Shown: positions 1 to 12,700, numbered from the whole stretch's first letter. The stretch: 49,020 nt of DNA, filler included, from Jimgerdemannia flammicorona (GCA_003990765.1; 2 parts of 2 records of this genome joined end to end with filler, not necessarily neighbours in it); one strand, 5' to 3'. The notes: a model not told the origin generated them from the sequence alone. Numbers and translations are program-made.

Positions 1-74
<74 letters not shown>
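1..74. repeat. poly-A homopolymer at window/contig edge
   Basis: Pure A run; other edges here (24563-24588, 49011-49020) are also homopolymers. Confidence 0.9.
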
Positions 75-76
<2 letters not shown>

Positions 77-272
77 TGATTCAGATGGGTAATTTGGATA
101 GAGTAATTCAGATGAGGTGATTCAGATAGAGTAATTTGGATGGATGATTCAGATGAGGTGATTTGGATTAATCTAAGTTAATTTGGATTACTTCAGATTT
201 GAAATTCAGATCAAACTGTCATATGACAAATGGAATCTGGATTTGATTTGAATTTACTCATTTAGAGCACTA
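75..272. mobile_element. terminus of a hAT-family DNA transposon (TIR ...GAGCACTA) with ~14-bp subterminal tandem repeats
   Basis: Ends in AGCACTA (reverse complement TAGTGCT, as at 2575 and 7490). Preceded by repeated GGTGATTCAGATGA/GGTAATTTGGATAG units. Cuts the adjacent LINE RT at the GRG|VRQG motif. Confidence 0.75.
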
Positions 273-2574
273 CCTCTACCCAGAGAAAATGTTACCCCCT
301 GATGACTATTATATATAAGTGCTGCTCTACTCCCTTCCAGTAGGCTGATCATTACTACTTAGAACTACTGAGGAACTCTAATCCTATCCAGCACCTTCAC
401 CAACCAGACCCACCTAATATGGTCATAGGCCTTCTTCTGACTAGGAAGACCAATCTCTCATTCAGCTCACAGGCTCAAGTCTCTCCAATAACACCATAAA
501 CCCAAGCTGTATCATCCTAAATGAGCTGGCCCCCAATGAAATCTTATTGCTCCTTATCTAAGACTTACTGGGCTACCTTTTGTAGTTTTGTAACAACTAT
601 CTTAGTGATCAACTTTCTATTCATATCCAGGAGTATAATAGATCTCCAGTTCTTCCAGTCCTCTCTCCTGCTCTTGTCCTTATACAACAGTACCACCAGT
701 CCCAGATCCTGCTCTCCCACCCACTTTTCTGACTATAATACCAAGTTACAAAGTACCATCATCTCTTCCAGCACCCAAGGGATTTCTACCATCTTCTTCC
801 AGAAGTCTCAGAGCAGACTATCCTCTCTTGGTGCAGTGCCTAGCATAGTTATAATAAGAATCTGGAGAATTACCTCCTCTTGAACTAGTATCACCAAACT
901 ACTAAGTCTATCTACTTATAGTGAATGCAAATTCTCTAAAGCATATTCAATAGTAGCAGTATTGGCCCCACTCTCCTTCTCACTTCACAGGCCACTCCAC
1001 CTCTTCTTCAGTAAATCTAAAATATCTTATAAACTATATACCAGCAGATCATCAGAATCCAGTACCCCCTCCCACCTCTGCCTTACTCTCCTTGTCTAAA
1101 GGATCTTTGAGAGATACTTAAAAAACCTCTCTCTCTTCTCCAGCCCCTGCCAGCATAGCCATGTAGCCATTCTTTATACTAGTATCTCCTCCTCCTCCCT
1201 CAATATCTGTTGTAACTCAGCAATCTCTAGCTTTGCTCACATCAACCCCTAGTCCTCAACCCCCTCCAAGGCCAAAAGACCTGTTCAATTCTCCTGAAGC
1301 TGGGCCAATCTAGCAGAGGCCCAGGTCACCCTCCTCCTCCTCTGTCTTCCTGTCACCCTACCAGTCTCACCCCAGTAAACCCTAGCAGCCTCCTTCAACC
1401 TCATCTATTAAACACCCACTGGGGCACTCTCTTGGACCCAACCCTCCACTTTCTGCCTAATGTTCTTGGTCCAAGTATCTCACAACCTCTTCTCAGCCAG
1501 CAAAGAGAAATTGAGGCACTAATGTCCAGGCCCATCCCCACTTCCCCCAAACTGACCATTCCCTAACAAGCTCTAATAGTCTGATCATAAATACCACTCA
1601 ACCTCCAGGGACTTCCAGACATCTAGACCCTAGCAATCAGCTGTCAGCACCCAGTCAATTCTAGTCCCCAGACCACTCACCCAATGGGTATGGATCCTTC
1701 TATCTCCCCATATTGCTCAACCAGTATCCATCAAAGAGCTAAGTCACTCCACCTCCTCTCAACCCTCCAGACCACTACTCCTGCCCTCTACATTCCTCCC
1801 CCTATCTGTTCTGTCCAACTGTGCTAAGTGAACCATATTGAATTCTCTCCAAGCATTATTCCACTATCCAAAAAACTATCAATCCACTCTACATGCTTAC
1901 TTCTAACTACAGAGTAGTAGTAAGATCCAATTATAATTGACTCTTATCTAGGCCAACACCACTCTCCCCAAACTATATAATCTCCTTAATTTCTGCTATC
2001 ATATATTTCCCCTCACCCTTTCTGTACTAGTAGTCCAACCTTACCATTCCAGACTGCAGCTCCACCCCATTTTCTTGTTCACTCCTGTAGATCAAGGTCC
2101 TCCTCATATCATATATTCTGCAGAAAAAAAATATCAGCCTCTAATCTCTTTAACTAAGTAAAAATGTTATGTTGTCTCCCAGAACCCCTCAGGCTATTAA
2201 TATTTAATAAAAAAATGTTAATTATACTATTCATAGGGAATAATATTGAGATAGACATATCCTCTTCACAACTCTATATTTACTTCCTCCCTAGCTAAGT
2301 CCAATCTATGCTCAGCAGTAACCTCTGCCCCCTTGATCTGCTTAGCTTCTAGTTCAATCAAAAGTTCATCTATTGCTATATCATCCTTCAACTCCATTTC
2401 CTCCCAGTACTCCAAGCAAGCCTCTTGTCAAATTTCCAGCCCATACCTCTGTTCTTACCAGAAGACTGCACACTCCCTAGCTACTACTACCATCTCTACC
2501 TTCCTTGTAACATCCACCTCATAACTCTTCTCATCTAAATACACTGCCAGCATCTCCTTCACCAGGGCCTCCAC
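273..2574 (-). mobile_element. degenerate L1/Tx1-like non-LTR retrotransposon (APE endonuclease plus N-half of RT)
   Basis: Minus-strand reading gives LNINSLRG...ADIFFLQ (~2200-2120, APE start), TRIDWV, and in RT LVVLLYKDK..EDWKNWRSIILLDMNRKLITKI, EQ*DFIGGQLI, QKKAYDHIRW, FSLGR. Many stops. Confidence 0.85.
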
Positions 2575-5500
2575 TAGTGCTTGGAATGAATCAAATCAAA
2601 TCAAATTTAGACCAAATTCAATTTGATTCAAACTAATTTGAATTAGAGTCTAATTTGATTCAAGTCAAATTAAATTAAGGACCAATTTAATTCAAACCAA
2701 TTCAAATTAGAGTCTAATTTGATTTGAATTAAATTAAGTCACAATTTGAATCAAATTGAATTCAAAACTAAATATGGTAATTCCAAACATATGTAATATA
2801 ACTCACAACATATACACACACTCTCTCTCCCAAAGTAATCATATCAGATGTACCTTTTACACTCTCTATAGAGGATACTATGACAATAGCCTCAGTGTCA
2901 GATACAGCTTTAACAAGTCTAGCTTTAACAAGTCTAACTTCAACAAGTCTAATTTCATCTGAGAAAGGAAAAGGAAAAGTATAAGAACAATCTGATATTT
3001 AGAAGAAGTTCACAAAGAAGTATAAGGAAAATGGAGATATCTAACTACTATAAGATATCATATAAGGCTATTGGTGGCTCAACAATAAATTTGTAGGTAC
3101 ATTTTGACAATAAGAGTTGTCAAACAGGAGTGATAGAGTCATTTTTTCCAAAAGTATGGTTTTTATATAACTTGTCTGCTTTTTTTTTTTTTCTTATTAT
3201 TAATTCATTGCTACTGATAATTCTCTAAATAGCCAAGATTCTCTGTAAAGTCAAGACAAACTTGTTTACTAGATTATCTATAATAGTCAGCCTTTTATAG
3301 TTGTTGAGAATTTAGAGCTGAAAGATCTTTTTTACCTTCCGAAACCAGATATTACTATTCTTTCTACTGGAACTATACAAAGTAAAATTAGACTGACCTT
3401 TTAATGAAAACATAATGCTATCAAAATTACACTATAGGTAAGATTTAATATTTTAATGTTGAATATAAATTTGAATATTTCAAAGTTAAATAGCTTTAAA
3501 TTAACCTTATTTCAATTTATTTATTTGGAAATATAATGTACCTGGTCAAATATTCTTCACTATTGACACATAGATATCACCCAATATATATACATTTCTT
3601 GGAATTAATGTACACTGGATTTGTCAAAATTGGTAACTCAACTATATATTAATTAATTTTGTTAAGCTATCAGAATCTCATTTGGGTGAAAATCTTGCTG
3701 ATGCCTTTGTAAACTGTGTTTGAGATTTTGGCATATAGACAAAAGTATGTAGAGAACAAGCCTTTCAAAAATATTGTATTTTAAAAAAGTTGGGTTTTCA
3801 AAAAAGGACAGATTTTCAAAAAAGGTCAAATTTTCAAAAAAGATCAGATTTTCAAAAAAGGTCAAGTTTTCAAAAAAGATCAGATTTTCAAAAAAGGTCA
3901 GGTTTTTGAAAAAGGTCAGATTTTCAAAAAAGATCAGTAGTTGGGTTTTTAAAAAAGGTTAGGTTTTTGAAAAGGTTAGGTTTTCAAAAAAGATTGAGTT
4001 TTTGAAAAAGGTCATCTTATATTTGAATTATTAATTTTCCACTCTAGATATTAGCTATAATAACAGACAATGCATCTAACAACACCTTGTTTTTTCTAAC
4101 AATCAGAACAGAGTTCAATCATACTAACCTCAACTATTAGCCAATATAATATATATGCTGTCTGGCTTATATTATTATTTTGGCTGTTCAGGACTTTTTA
4201 GTCTACTTAAAAGCTAATGATGATATGAGTGAAAATGGTTCTGGAAAAATAATTTCAAATCTCTGATTAATTATTATCAAGATCCAGTTATCACCATAAT
4301 ATCAAGAGAGATTTACTATATAATGTAAAGCTTTTGGAGTCTACAATTCAAAAGAACTTATTTTGGACATTAAAACTTGATAGAATTCAACATATTTGAT
4401 AATTAAACAGGTCTTAGAATTATCAGAGGTAAGCTGATTATATTATATTTAATTTTTTATTTTTCAGTATTTTCTTCAAATAATCTAATGAATTAATTTA
4501 TTAATAGCCATTAACCTCAATAGTTATAACTGATAAAGATTTGCAAAAATATACTATAGAAGACTATATTTGGCAGATGCTAAAAAACATTATTGGTGTA
4601 CTAAAGTACTTTAAACAAGCAACAGATCTTGCAGCTCAATATAAATATCTAACAATTTATTCTGCTGTTCCTATTTATAACTTTTTAATGGATATGTTAG
4701 AGAATAATGCTTAAGAAATTTGAAAATATACAGAAGAGCTAAATATTATTTACCTGGTACTAACTATAGCTATTACCAAGTTGAAGATATATTATTCAAT
4801 AACAAATACTCTAATTTATTATATTGATACTGATAAGTAAATATTTTGATATCAGAGACAATATAAATCTATTTTGAAATTCACTTGTTAGCTACTACTA
4901 ATATATTTTAAATTTTATTTTATTTTATTTTTTAATGAAAACCAGTACTTGATTCCATACTTAAGCTAGAATATTATTTATTGCATGATTGGGAAGATAT
5001 TTGGATTGAAGAGGCCAAAGACAAACTTCATATAATTTATAATGAAAACCATGTTTCTCTATCTGGATCAACTAATTAAAGATCATGAAGTAGGAGATGA
5101 TGTCAATACTATGTATACTATATAAACATATATTCAATAAAGACAAAAACTGATGACAAATCCTAAGCAGGAGGTAGATACTTATTTAAAAAGTAAAACT
5201 GTTAAATTTTAAGCAGAAGTTGATATATTATCTTGATAACAAGTGAGTTGGGAATTCATATTCGAATAAGGTCAATTCAAAATATTATTTGAGTTTCTTT
5301 AATTGATTTAATTGATTGGGAATATTAGAGCTATAGTGGAGATTTCTCAAATCTAATAAAATGATATACAACTACTTAGCTATCCCAGTAACAAGTACTC
5401 TAATTGAGAGAGTTTTTTCAAGTAGTGAAGATCTTATAGCAGCTAATATAGATACTTTAGACCCTGAAACAATTTGTGAATATATATATTTAAAGATATA
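2575..5500 (+). mobile_element. degenerate hAT DNA transposon with intron-containing transposase relic; right end not located
   Basis: Starts TAGTGCTTGGAATGAATC, then AATTCAAA/ATTTGATTC subterminal repeats (2585-2770). Transposase motifs: FTIDT*ISPN (~3556), AIITDNASNN (~4055), LDIKT**NSTY (~4365, from D-x-x-TRWNSTY), and the C-terminal dimerisation motif YLAIPVTSTLIERVFSS...LDPETI (5373-5475). Confidence 0.88.
3780..4012 (+). repeat. 18-bp minisatellite (TTTTCAAAAAAGGTCAGA)n, ~13 copies, inside a probable transposase intron
   Basis: Visible periodicity; lies between a GTATGT donor (~3745) and a CTCTAG acceptor (~4048). Confidence 0.9.
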
Positions 5501-5879
5501 ATAATTAGTCTAGTATTTCAATAACAATAGCTGATCCCAAATCTTGAAATATAGTTAAATTTTGAAATACCAAATAAATATAATACTTGGATATCATATT
5601 ATGCAAGTATAATCTAGAACTTATGGATGCACTATATCTGAATATAATCTCTGAATACCTGATTGTTATATACATATATCAAATATGATTTCTGTCATTT
5701 CTAGCTCCAATGAGATAAGTGAGATATTATTGTATCTGTCTGAAAATACTAGAGACAGATAACAAGTAGCATAAATGGCATAATATATAGAATTTCAAAC
5801 ATATTCAAAGCTTAAGAGTATATATTATACATACTTAGTTACTATATCTGAAATACTTATACTTGTAAGCTTATCACTC

Positions 5880-6360
5880 CATAAGCCTACAAGTAACAAG
5901 TATAAGTTAAGAGCTTTAAATATTGCAGCCCATAAGCCCACAATCTCATGAGCAATAAGCATAAGCCAAAAGCTTTGAATATTACAATAAGTACAAGCCC
6001 ATAAGTTTATAATCTCATGAGCAAAAGTATAAGCCAAGAGCTTTGAATATTGCAACAAGTGTAAGCCTGCAATCCTGTAAGTAATAAGCATAAGCTGAGA
6101 GCTTTAAATATTGTGGCAAGTATATACTGCAATTCCACAAGCAATAAGTATAAGCTGAGAGCTTCAAATATTATAACAAGTATAAGCCAAGAGCTTTGAA
6201 TATTGTAACAAACATAAGTCCACAATCTCACAAGCAATAAACATAAGCTGAGAGCTTCAAATATTGTGGTGAGCATGTACTACAATCCTGTAAGTAATAA
6301 GTATAAGCTAAGAGCTTTGAATATTACAACAAGCATAAGCCAAGAGCTTCAAATATTACT
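5880..6360. repeat. degenerate tandem array, core ATAAGCYRAGAGCTTYRAATATT, period ~60 bp (sometimes ~32)
   Basis: About 9-10 copies of the core, often alternating with an AAGCCCACAATCTCATGAGCA-like subunit; CpG-free. Confidence 0.85.
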
Positions 6361-6589
6361 CAGGTAAAATGTATATAAATAAGCTAGCTTTAATAATAAA
6401 AAACAAAACAAATAACCTCACCTTATAAAACTTCAATTCTATATTGATTATCTTTCTAGAGTCTTTGAGGACATAAACCATACTATCAATAAGGTTGTCA
6501 TCTAGTTAGATGATGAGAAACCTAAGACTGATGATAAATGCAAGAAGAAGAAAAAAAAAATTAAAGAAGCAATCAAGCAATTTATCCTC

Positions 6590-6800
6590 CTCAGGCTATC
6601 CCTGAAGCCTCCACTTCTGAGGCCCCTGAAGTCTCCACTCTTGAGGCCCCTGAAGCTGTTGCTGCCACCACCCAAGCTGTCACCCAAGCCCAAGCCACCA
6701 TCCAAGCACAAGCTGCTGCCCTAGTCCAAGCCACTGCTGCCCAAGCCTAAGCCACCACTGCTGCCCAAGTCACCACCCAAGCTGCTGCCCAAGCCCAAGG
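6590..6800 (+). repeat. low-complexity CCCAAGCCACC/CTGCTG repeat (PKPPLL-like if coding)
   Basis: Repeated ~12-21 bp units; reads PKLSPKPKPP...PKPPLLPK with a stop; CpG-free, so probably part of a dead repeat. Confidence 0.6.
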
Positions 6801-7489
6801 TCCTGGGAGCAGAACTGTGCATGGTATTAATATCCTATAAAAGAGAATGATGAGGAATACCAAAATGACTCATTTTGTCCTCACCTTCTTGATGCTCTCT
6901 CTACAGGTTCCTTGAGCTTGTGAAAGACACATTGCTGATTCTGTCCCTTCATAAAGACTAGGACAGCACCAAAACAATAATATCATTTCCATTTGTATGC
7001 ATATTATAGGTGTTTCAGCGAGGTCCTCTAGATGATTAGCCCCCCGATTGTCAGGATTATCAACTTCTCCAAGAAAGTAACCAACGCCTGCATGTCAGCA
7101 AATGTTAGTATTGTAATCTTTTGCAGTTAATCATCCAGTTTGTCAAGAGAGTGGGCTAATATGATAGTGGTCCAGTTTGTCAAAGGAGTGGGTTTAATGC
7201 GACATTGATTATCTCTTTCTCGTTCATATAGGGAAGCTGTACGTGGTAGACATGCGTATTCTCACACGCATCCAATTTCCACCTCATATCTTATCGGATT
7301 GCTCTGGTTGGATGCCAAACTTGCTGAACGGGCTAACAAAGTTGGGGAACCTACGACGAGAAGACAAGCAATAACAATATAAAGACAAGAGGCGGGAGGC
7401 ATCGTCTTCAAGAAGTTGTTCGAAGCTCAGATATACTTAATACGAAAGTATATAAAGGTAAGATAATATATATTATTCAGTGTTGTATC

Positions 7490-7580
7490 TAGTGCTTCCC
7501 AACGAATCGAATTGGCATTTTTACTATTCGAATAAGAAATTATATGCGTCCGACATGTCGAATCGCATTTGGGAGCACTA
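7490..7580. mobile_element. 91-bp hAT-type MITE with TIRs and an 8-bp target-site duplication
   Basis: Left end TAGTGCTTCCCAACGAATCG; right end reverse complement TAGTGCTCCCAAATGCGATTCG. Flanks GTTGTATC (7482-7489) and CTTGTATC (7581-7588) match 7/8; an 8-bp TSD is typical of hAT. Confidence 0.88.
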
Positions 7581-8974
7581 CTTGTATCATTTTCGAACTT
7601 AATTAATAATAATATATATCTAGTTTTGCCATTTAAAGTTCATCGGAAATCGGCGGAGAAAATAAAGGAGGTATATAACGGCGTCGCCATCAAAAACAAG
7701 GTATATATTAATAGATAATATGAGTTTATAATTATATGAACTTGTAGTTAGAAAATTCACACAGGTTTTTTTTTTTTTTTTAACATATAAGCTTATACAG
7801 CTTGGCTGGCACAGCTTGCATCAAAATCATTGAAAAGGCTGAATGCGCGGTACCCGGTAGATATCGGGAGAAAATACCTTATTTTTTCTCTCTATGATGA
7901 CGAAGATAGCTGGGACAAGAAGGTGCTTCGCTTTTTGGTATACATCTGGCCAATTGTCAAGCAAAAAGCGGCACAAATTCTACTGAAGGAGTGGAGTAAG
8001 TATTAATCTGAACAGAAGGGTTGAGGTCCTTGATCGTGGTGTCCGGAACTGGGGGCCTGAAGCCGCGGGCGGCGTTGGAGCAGTGGTTCGATTTACGGCA
8101 AAAAATTCGGAGGTCACCAAAAGGGCGTCACGGGATGGGGCGGTTAAGGTAGTGGGGGTGAATGGGACTTGCAAGACCTGGATGCTTAATCTCACTTATC
8201 CTTTATCCATCAAAAATAGTGACGGATTCCCCGGCATCACACATTATTGAGTACTTTGATGAGTGTAGCGACCAGTCATGGGCCAAGCCCGGTCAGCAGG
8301 CCGCTCTCTCATTACTCGTGATGTCCGGGGATGAGGAAGATATGGATAGAGTGAGGAGAGTTGAGGTCCACACCGAGAAGAACGTGGCGTATGGTATGTA
8401 TTTTTTCCATGCTCTTGAATGTAGTGGTTGACCCTGTAGCTTCTATTACTAATTCATGACACTCTTGTGTAGACGTGTTGAGAAGAAAGATGCACGGGAG
8501 AAAGCAAAGGCGCGGAGGAATGGATATGTGTGGAAAGCTTGAAGGAAAGGAAATTCGTTCATCATTAGAAATGATTCTCACAGTAATCTAACATATGAGG
8601 AATTCGCTATTAAAAAGAAGCTTATTTATTAGTGTTATAATAACCCTAAGGTACTTTTTAATCGCCTCGACCTCATATATACATCTCTTTCTTATGTATT
8701 GCATATTTGTAAATAATTCCCATTCCTTAATCTATCATAGCAAAGGGAGTTATGGTTTGTCTGTGCGTCTACGTAGTAGTATTTTTGATAGTTACACTAC
8801 AAAAAGGAGACTATATAACACGCACCTTTGTCCATTTCATTCCGCAGTGGTGCACATTTCACAGTCATCCATAATGTTAGACCGAAAACCGCAATTGTGC
8901 TTCTATATTCCCTTTAACCCTTTTCCAGTGGCTTATGATTCCGTTGAATCTCGCTCGTTCACACATCTCACAGG

Positions 8975-9550
8975 CTCTACAATTTACAACCCAACTGCCT
9001 GCTTTATGGCGATATTCAAACCGAATGTCTCGCTAAAACCAAAAGCGTCGGAGATCTCAAAATCTGGATACAATCGATCATTCACCAGCTTCAAGACGTT
9101 GCCCTTGCAAAAGTCAAGCACGATGTGAGGCTACGGATGGTATTGTCCGCGAACGGGTTCGGAACTTGGGAAATGTTGAGGGATTTTGTTGCGAAAAAGG
9201 ATGGAATATTTACTGTGATCATGGAAACCCATACGTGTATCTTTTCGCTAGATGAGAGAATGAATGTCTTCCACCTCTCGGTATCAAATCTAACACCACC
9301 GTTGTCACCATCGCAGGTTACATTGAATTAAAGAGTGGATTCTCTCGTGCGATTCTCAAACATCTCATTGCAGAGCTGAAAGGAAATGCAATTCCCGTGT
9401 ATGGAATATCATCCGATAGTTCCTCGTCACTTAACTCACGAATTTATATTAGGCGCGCATAAAAAATATCCTATCGAGGAAAGCGAGGCTTCGAAATCTG
9501 AATACATATGTTGCTACGGCAAACCTCTATCAAAATCAGTCCGCAAAGGT
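8975..9550 (+). CDS. possible exons of an unidentified gene (Ubl/Crinkler-N-like segment)
   Basis: Open frame after a CAG acceptor: LYNLQPNCLLYGDIQTECLAKTKSVGDLKIWIQSIIHQLQDVALAKVKHDVRL; a further AG...GTAAG-bounded segment at 9373-9548. Resemblance only. Confidence 0.25.
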
Positions 9551-11749
9551 AAGAATGGACACTCCACTCGATTTGCATGCGACGTGGAAAGGGTTTTGTC
9601 CAAAATTGGTGCATGTGGATAAGTATATACACGTCTGAAACCGTCGTCTTTGGTTTTATGTGATAAACACGTACTTGCTCTCTGCAAAATGTATTGGCAG
9701 ATGAATTGTAAACGCAGGTTTAGCGAAATTGAAGATGAGCCATCGACTGAATGCGTGTATGACATTACCAAGGATGGTATTTCCTAGAATGCATTCTAGG
9801 TAAAAAATTCAAGCTATCTAACCCGATTTTCATCAATGTATATACGGGGGATATTACGAAATGTGAAAAAATAGTTTCCGGAAAAGTGCAGAAATCAGAT
9901 GTTTCGGACAATAGCAAAATTTTTTATTGATTGAGACTTATTGTATCTGGAACGAAGCGGAGGACACATTTTGTTCATTGATAATGTGTCCGTTGTTTCT
10001 GCCTACGTCACCAGCACTGGCAAGAAACGTTTTTCGCTGCTGGACAATGGCAAACAACTTCTCTGGCACGCTGTGCATCCTTTCACCGGGATATCGAAAG
10101 CAACACTGGCACCCATGAATGAGTGGCCTTCGGGTGGTTCCGAAGAGAAAGAAAAAGGCCGACCAACCTTTGGTACGGGGCTGGTCGTCTTCCATGTGAG
10201 ACGGTAAATCTCATGACTCTACCGTACGGGAGTTTCGGATTCGTACAGGTGCCAATCATGAGAAGTATGCCTTGCGTTGTTGGAATGTTTCTGGAGTTGA
10301 GTATTTTGTTTTTATTCTATTGTCTTGTTTGTGTTCTTCTCGGTTTCAAATGAACTATAACTGACTATCACACATGACCGGTGCACGTTCACTGGTCTTG
10401 GTAGCTTTATAGCCAACTGATGGGCCCCTTGAACAAGGGCGAAACCAGCACACAACCCCATACCAAATCCGGTTCTCTACCTTAGCCACGTCTTTATTTT
10501 ATTGTATTTTATTTTATTTTATTTTATTTTTTCAATAAATTCAACGTGCTTCTCACTCCCCTAAAAGAGAATTTGGAAATGGTTGATGTCCAAGAGACAA
10601 GGAAATGGTATTGCCTATTATTGCCAACCAAAAAAAAAAAAAAGGCAAATAAAACAAATGCACTCATCAGCGACCCTTTCCCATCCTCAACGTAAACCGG
10701 GGAAGTCCAGAACATGTGGTTACGTGGCCATATGCGCGGTAAACATTCACGGATGTAGTTTCCACCACTTCTCTCTAGCATCGATGTTGATGCAGTTTCT
10801 CTAACGTTTTTGTTTACGAGTGTCACCATATGTCAAAACAGATCGATTGCTTGTCGCGTAAACTATTGAACTATTCAATGACGTGACAGACATTCGACCG
10901 ACCGACAGAAACAGCACACTATCTACCAGAACATAAATTGTCCTTCGCTTCGCTCCGGACAATGACTCACCACCACTACCACCGGCCTGCTCGGCCGTCC
11001 AAAACTCGCACCGCCTTACTTCAGGCAATGGTCACTCATGCTAGAAGGGACCGAGTATAGAGTATAATTGTAGTTGGCGCCGTGTTGGAATTGGTTGTGA
11101 GAGTGATGCGAATTGGAGACACGTGTGATGGCAACGATCGTTCTGGATTGATGTGCGGACCAAAGCGTGAAATTTTGGTATTAGGGAAAAACGACGGATA
11201 CTTAATGGAATCGTGTCAACAATTGGCAGTTGATCTTGAGAGCATTCAAGATCGCTTTATTCCACCCCTCCGAATCACTTTAGTACATCCTTTGAACCAC
11301 TTTACTTGATCCCAAGGTCGCTTTAAGACACCAATCGGCCCCCCATCATTTGGCTCTTCAACTCCACCAGCCGAAGGCGCCGAGGCGGTGGACTTGCAGT
11401 TGGTACTGACACCCGTAATGTGAATCCCCTCCATGGTGACCGATAGTTCGAATAATCTGCGAATCATGAGAAACGTCAACCAAATAATTACATAATAAAG
11501 AGAACTACGCATACTCAATCAGTCTTGAATATGGCATACCGCTAAGACCCGCGCCCCTGCCCCCCCGACCACGGCTGGACTCCTCGACGAGCAGCTTTAC
11601 AACCTAAACATACGTTAAACATATATCAATATAAATGTCTATTTTCGTTCACCTCTATATTTCCAAGGCACCACCCCGCCCTTTGTAAACTGACCTTAAT
11701 AACTCAAATCATTCTGAACAGCCTCACGACCCCGACGCGCCCGTTGCTC

Positions 11750-12700
11750 ATGACCTGATGGAGTATCGTCCGTCTGTACCCATCTTCGGCATGTCTATGG
11801 AGCTCAGCCTGCTGTCGCCCAGCTTGAGGAAAACCTCACTCCCAGAGCGGACGATGATGGGCGGGTTTGCATATGGCTTACGGTAGGAGGCGACAACCTC
11901 TAGACCCGCCGCAGATGATGGCGACCAGGTTGGAGTGCCCGTGTAGCGGACGGAGAGCGCGACGCCACAGGTGGATTCGATGAGGAAGCGATGGTCGTCT
12001 GGGTGTTGGGTTGTGTAATAGTGGACCATAAAGTCAATACGTTTACTGTCATTCTTGTTATATATGCATGCGAACCCTTCACCATTACAAGAATTACATT
12101 ACCCATACAACGACTCTTTCAAGTCTTGCATAGTCACTCACAAAACCCACCCGCGAACAAGTAAACTGCATCCACTGCGGCATCGCTCATGGAAAATGGT
12201 ACCACGGGGTGCACAAGGCTGAGCTCGAGCGACTTGGCGCTGACATCTTGGTCAGGCTCGTTGCGATGTCGAGATGCAGTCGAAAGTGATTAGTTTTCCG
12301 GCGACAACAGAGGACCGGAACGAGTTGCTGCGGTAGGTTTCGACGGCGATAACTGGGACTAGGGGAGGATCAAAGGATCAAGATCAAATGACTATTGACT
12401 ATAGGCATATTCGGGAGTTTTAACACGGACGAACTTTTTTACACACCGAAAACAATGCCACGTTTCAAATAGATCCGGAGGAAACCTACCTTGCGCCCAG
12501 CCCACGTCCTGCAACGCCACAATGACGCCATTGAGCAGGCCATGGCCACCTACTACGCAGAATGATGGCGTCCGGCGGGTTGTCGTCAAGCTGTTGCTTA
12601 TCATGCTCGCGTAGACGAAATTTGTGACGTTACAATCAAAGCCACTCCTACACCCACCTTCGCCTGCTACATATAGGCTTACCAAAACGCAGCCCGTGGA
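11750..12700 (-). pseudogene. L-serine/L-threonine dehydratase (fold-type II PLP enzyme, SDS/CHA1-like) pseudogene, C-terminal part
   Basis: Motifs in order: PPDAI./CVVGGHGLLNGVIVALQDVGWAQ, intron 12489-12359 spliced in frame, VPVIAVETYRSNSFRSSVVAGKLIT..., AKSLELSLVHPVVPFSMSDAAVDA, DDHRFLIESTCGVALSV and, in another frame, SNLVAIICGGS. These match VGGGGL..G, VP..A.ET.G, DD.R.LVEPACG and V.IVCGG. Several frameshifts; N-terminal SFK.RG motif not seen. Confidence 0.8.

Noticed and set aside
273..2574. CCTCTAC after the TIR at 272 and CCTCCAC before the TIR at 2575 as a possible TSD
   Set aside because: The TIRs face away from each other and the match is 6/7, not an 8-bp duplication around one element.
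3774..3962. Lys-rich ORF with KKVRFS repeats (looks like tandem RVxF motifs)
   Set aside because: Chance translation of an intronic 18-bp minisatellite.
5880..6360. Repeat-spacer-like pattern suggesting a CRISPR array
   Set aside because: Spacers are themselves repeats, units are degenerate, no cas genes, eukaryotic context.
9783..9800. Perfect 18-bp palindrome CCTAGAATGCATTCTAGG
   Set aside because: Isolated; no TSD, second copy or other supporting structure.
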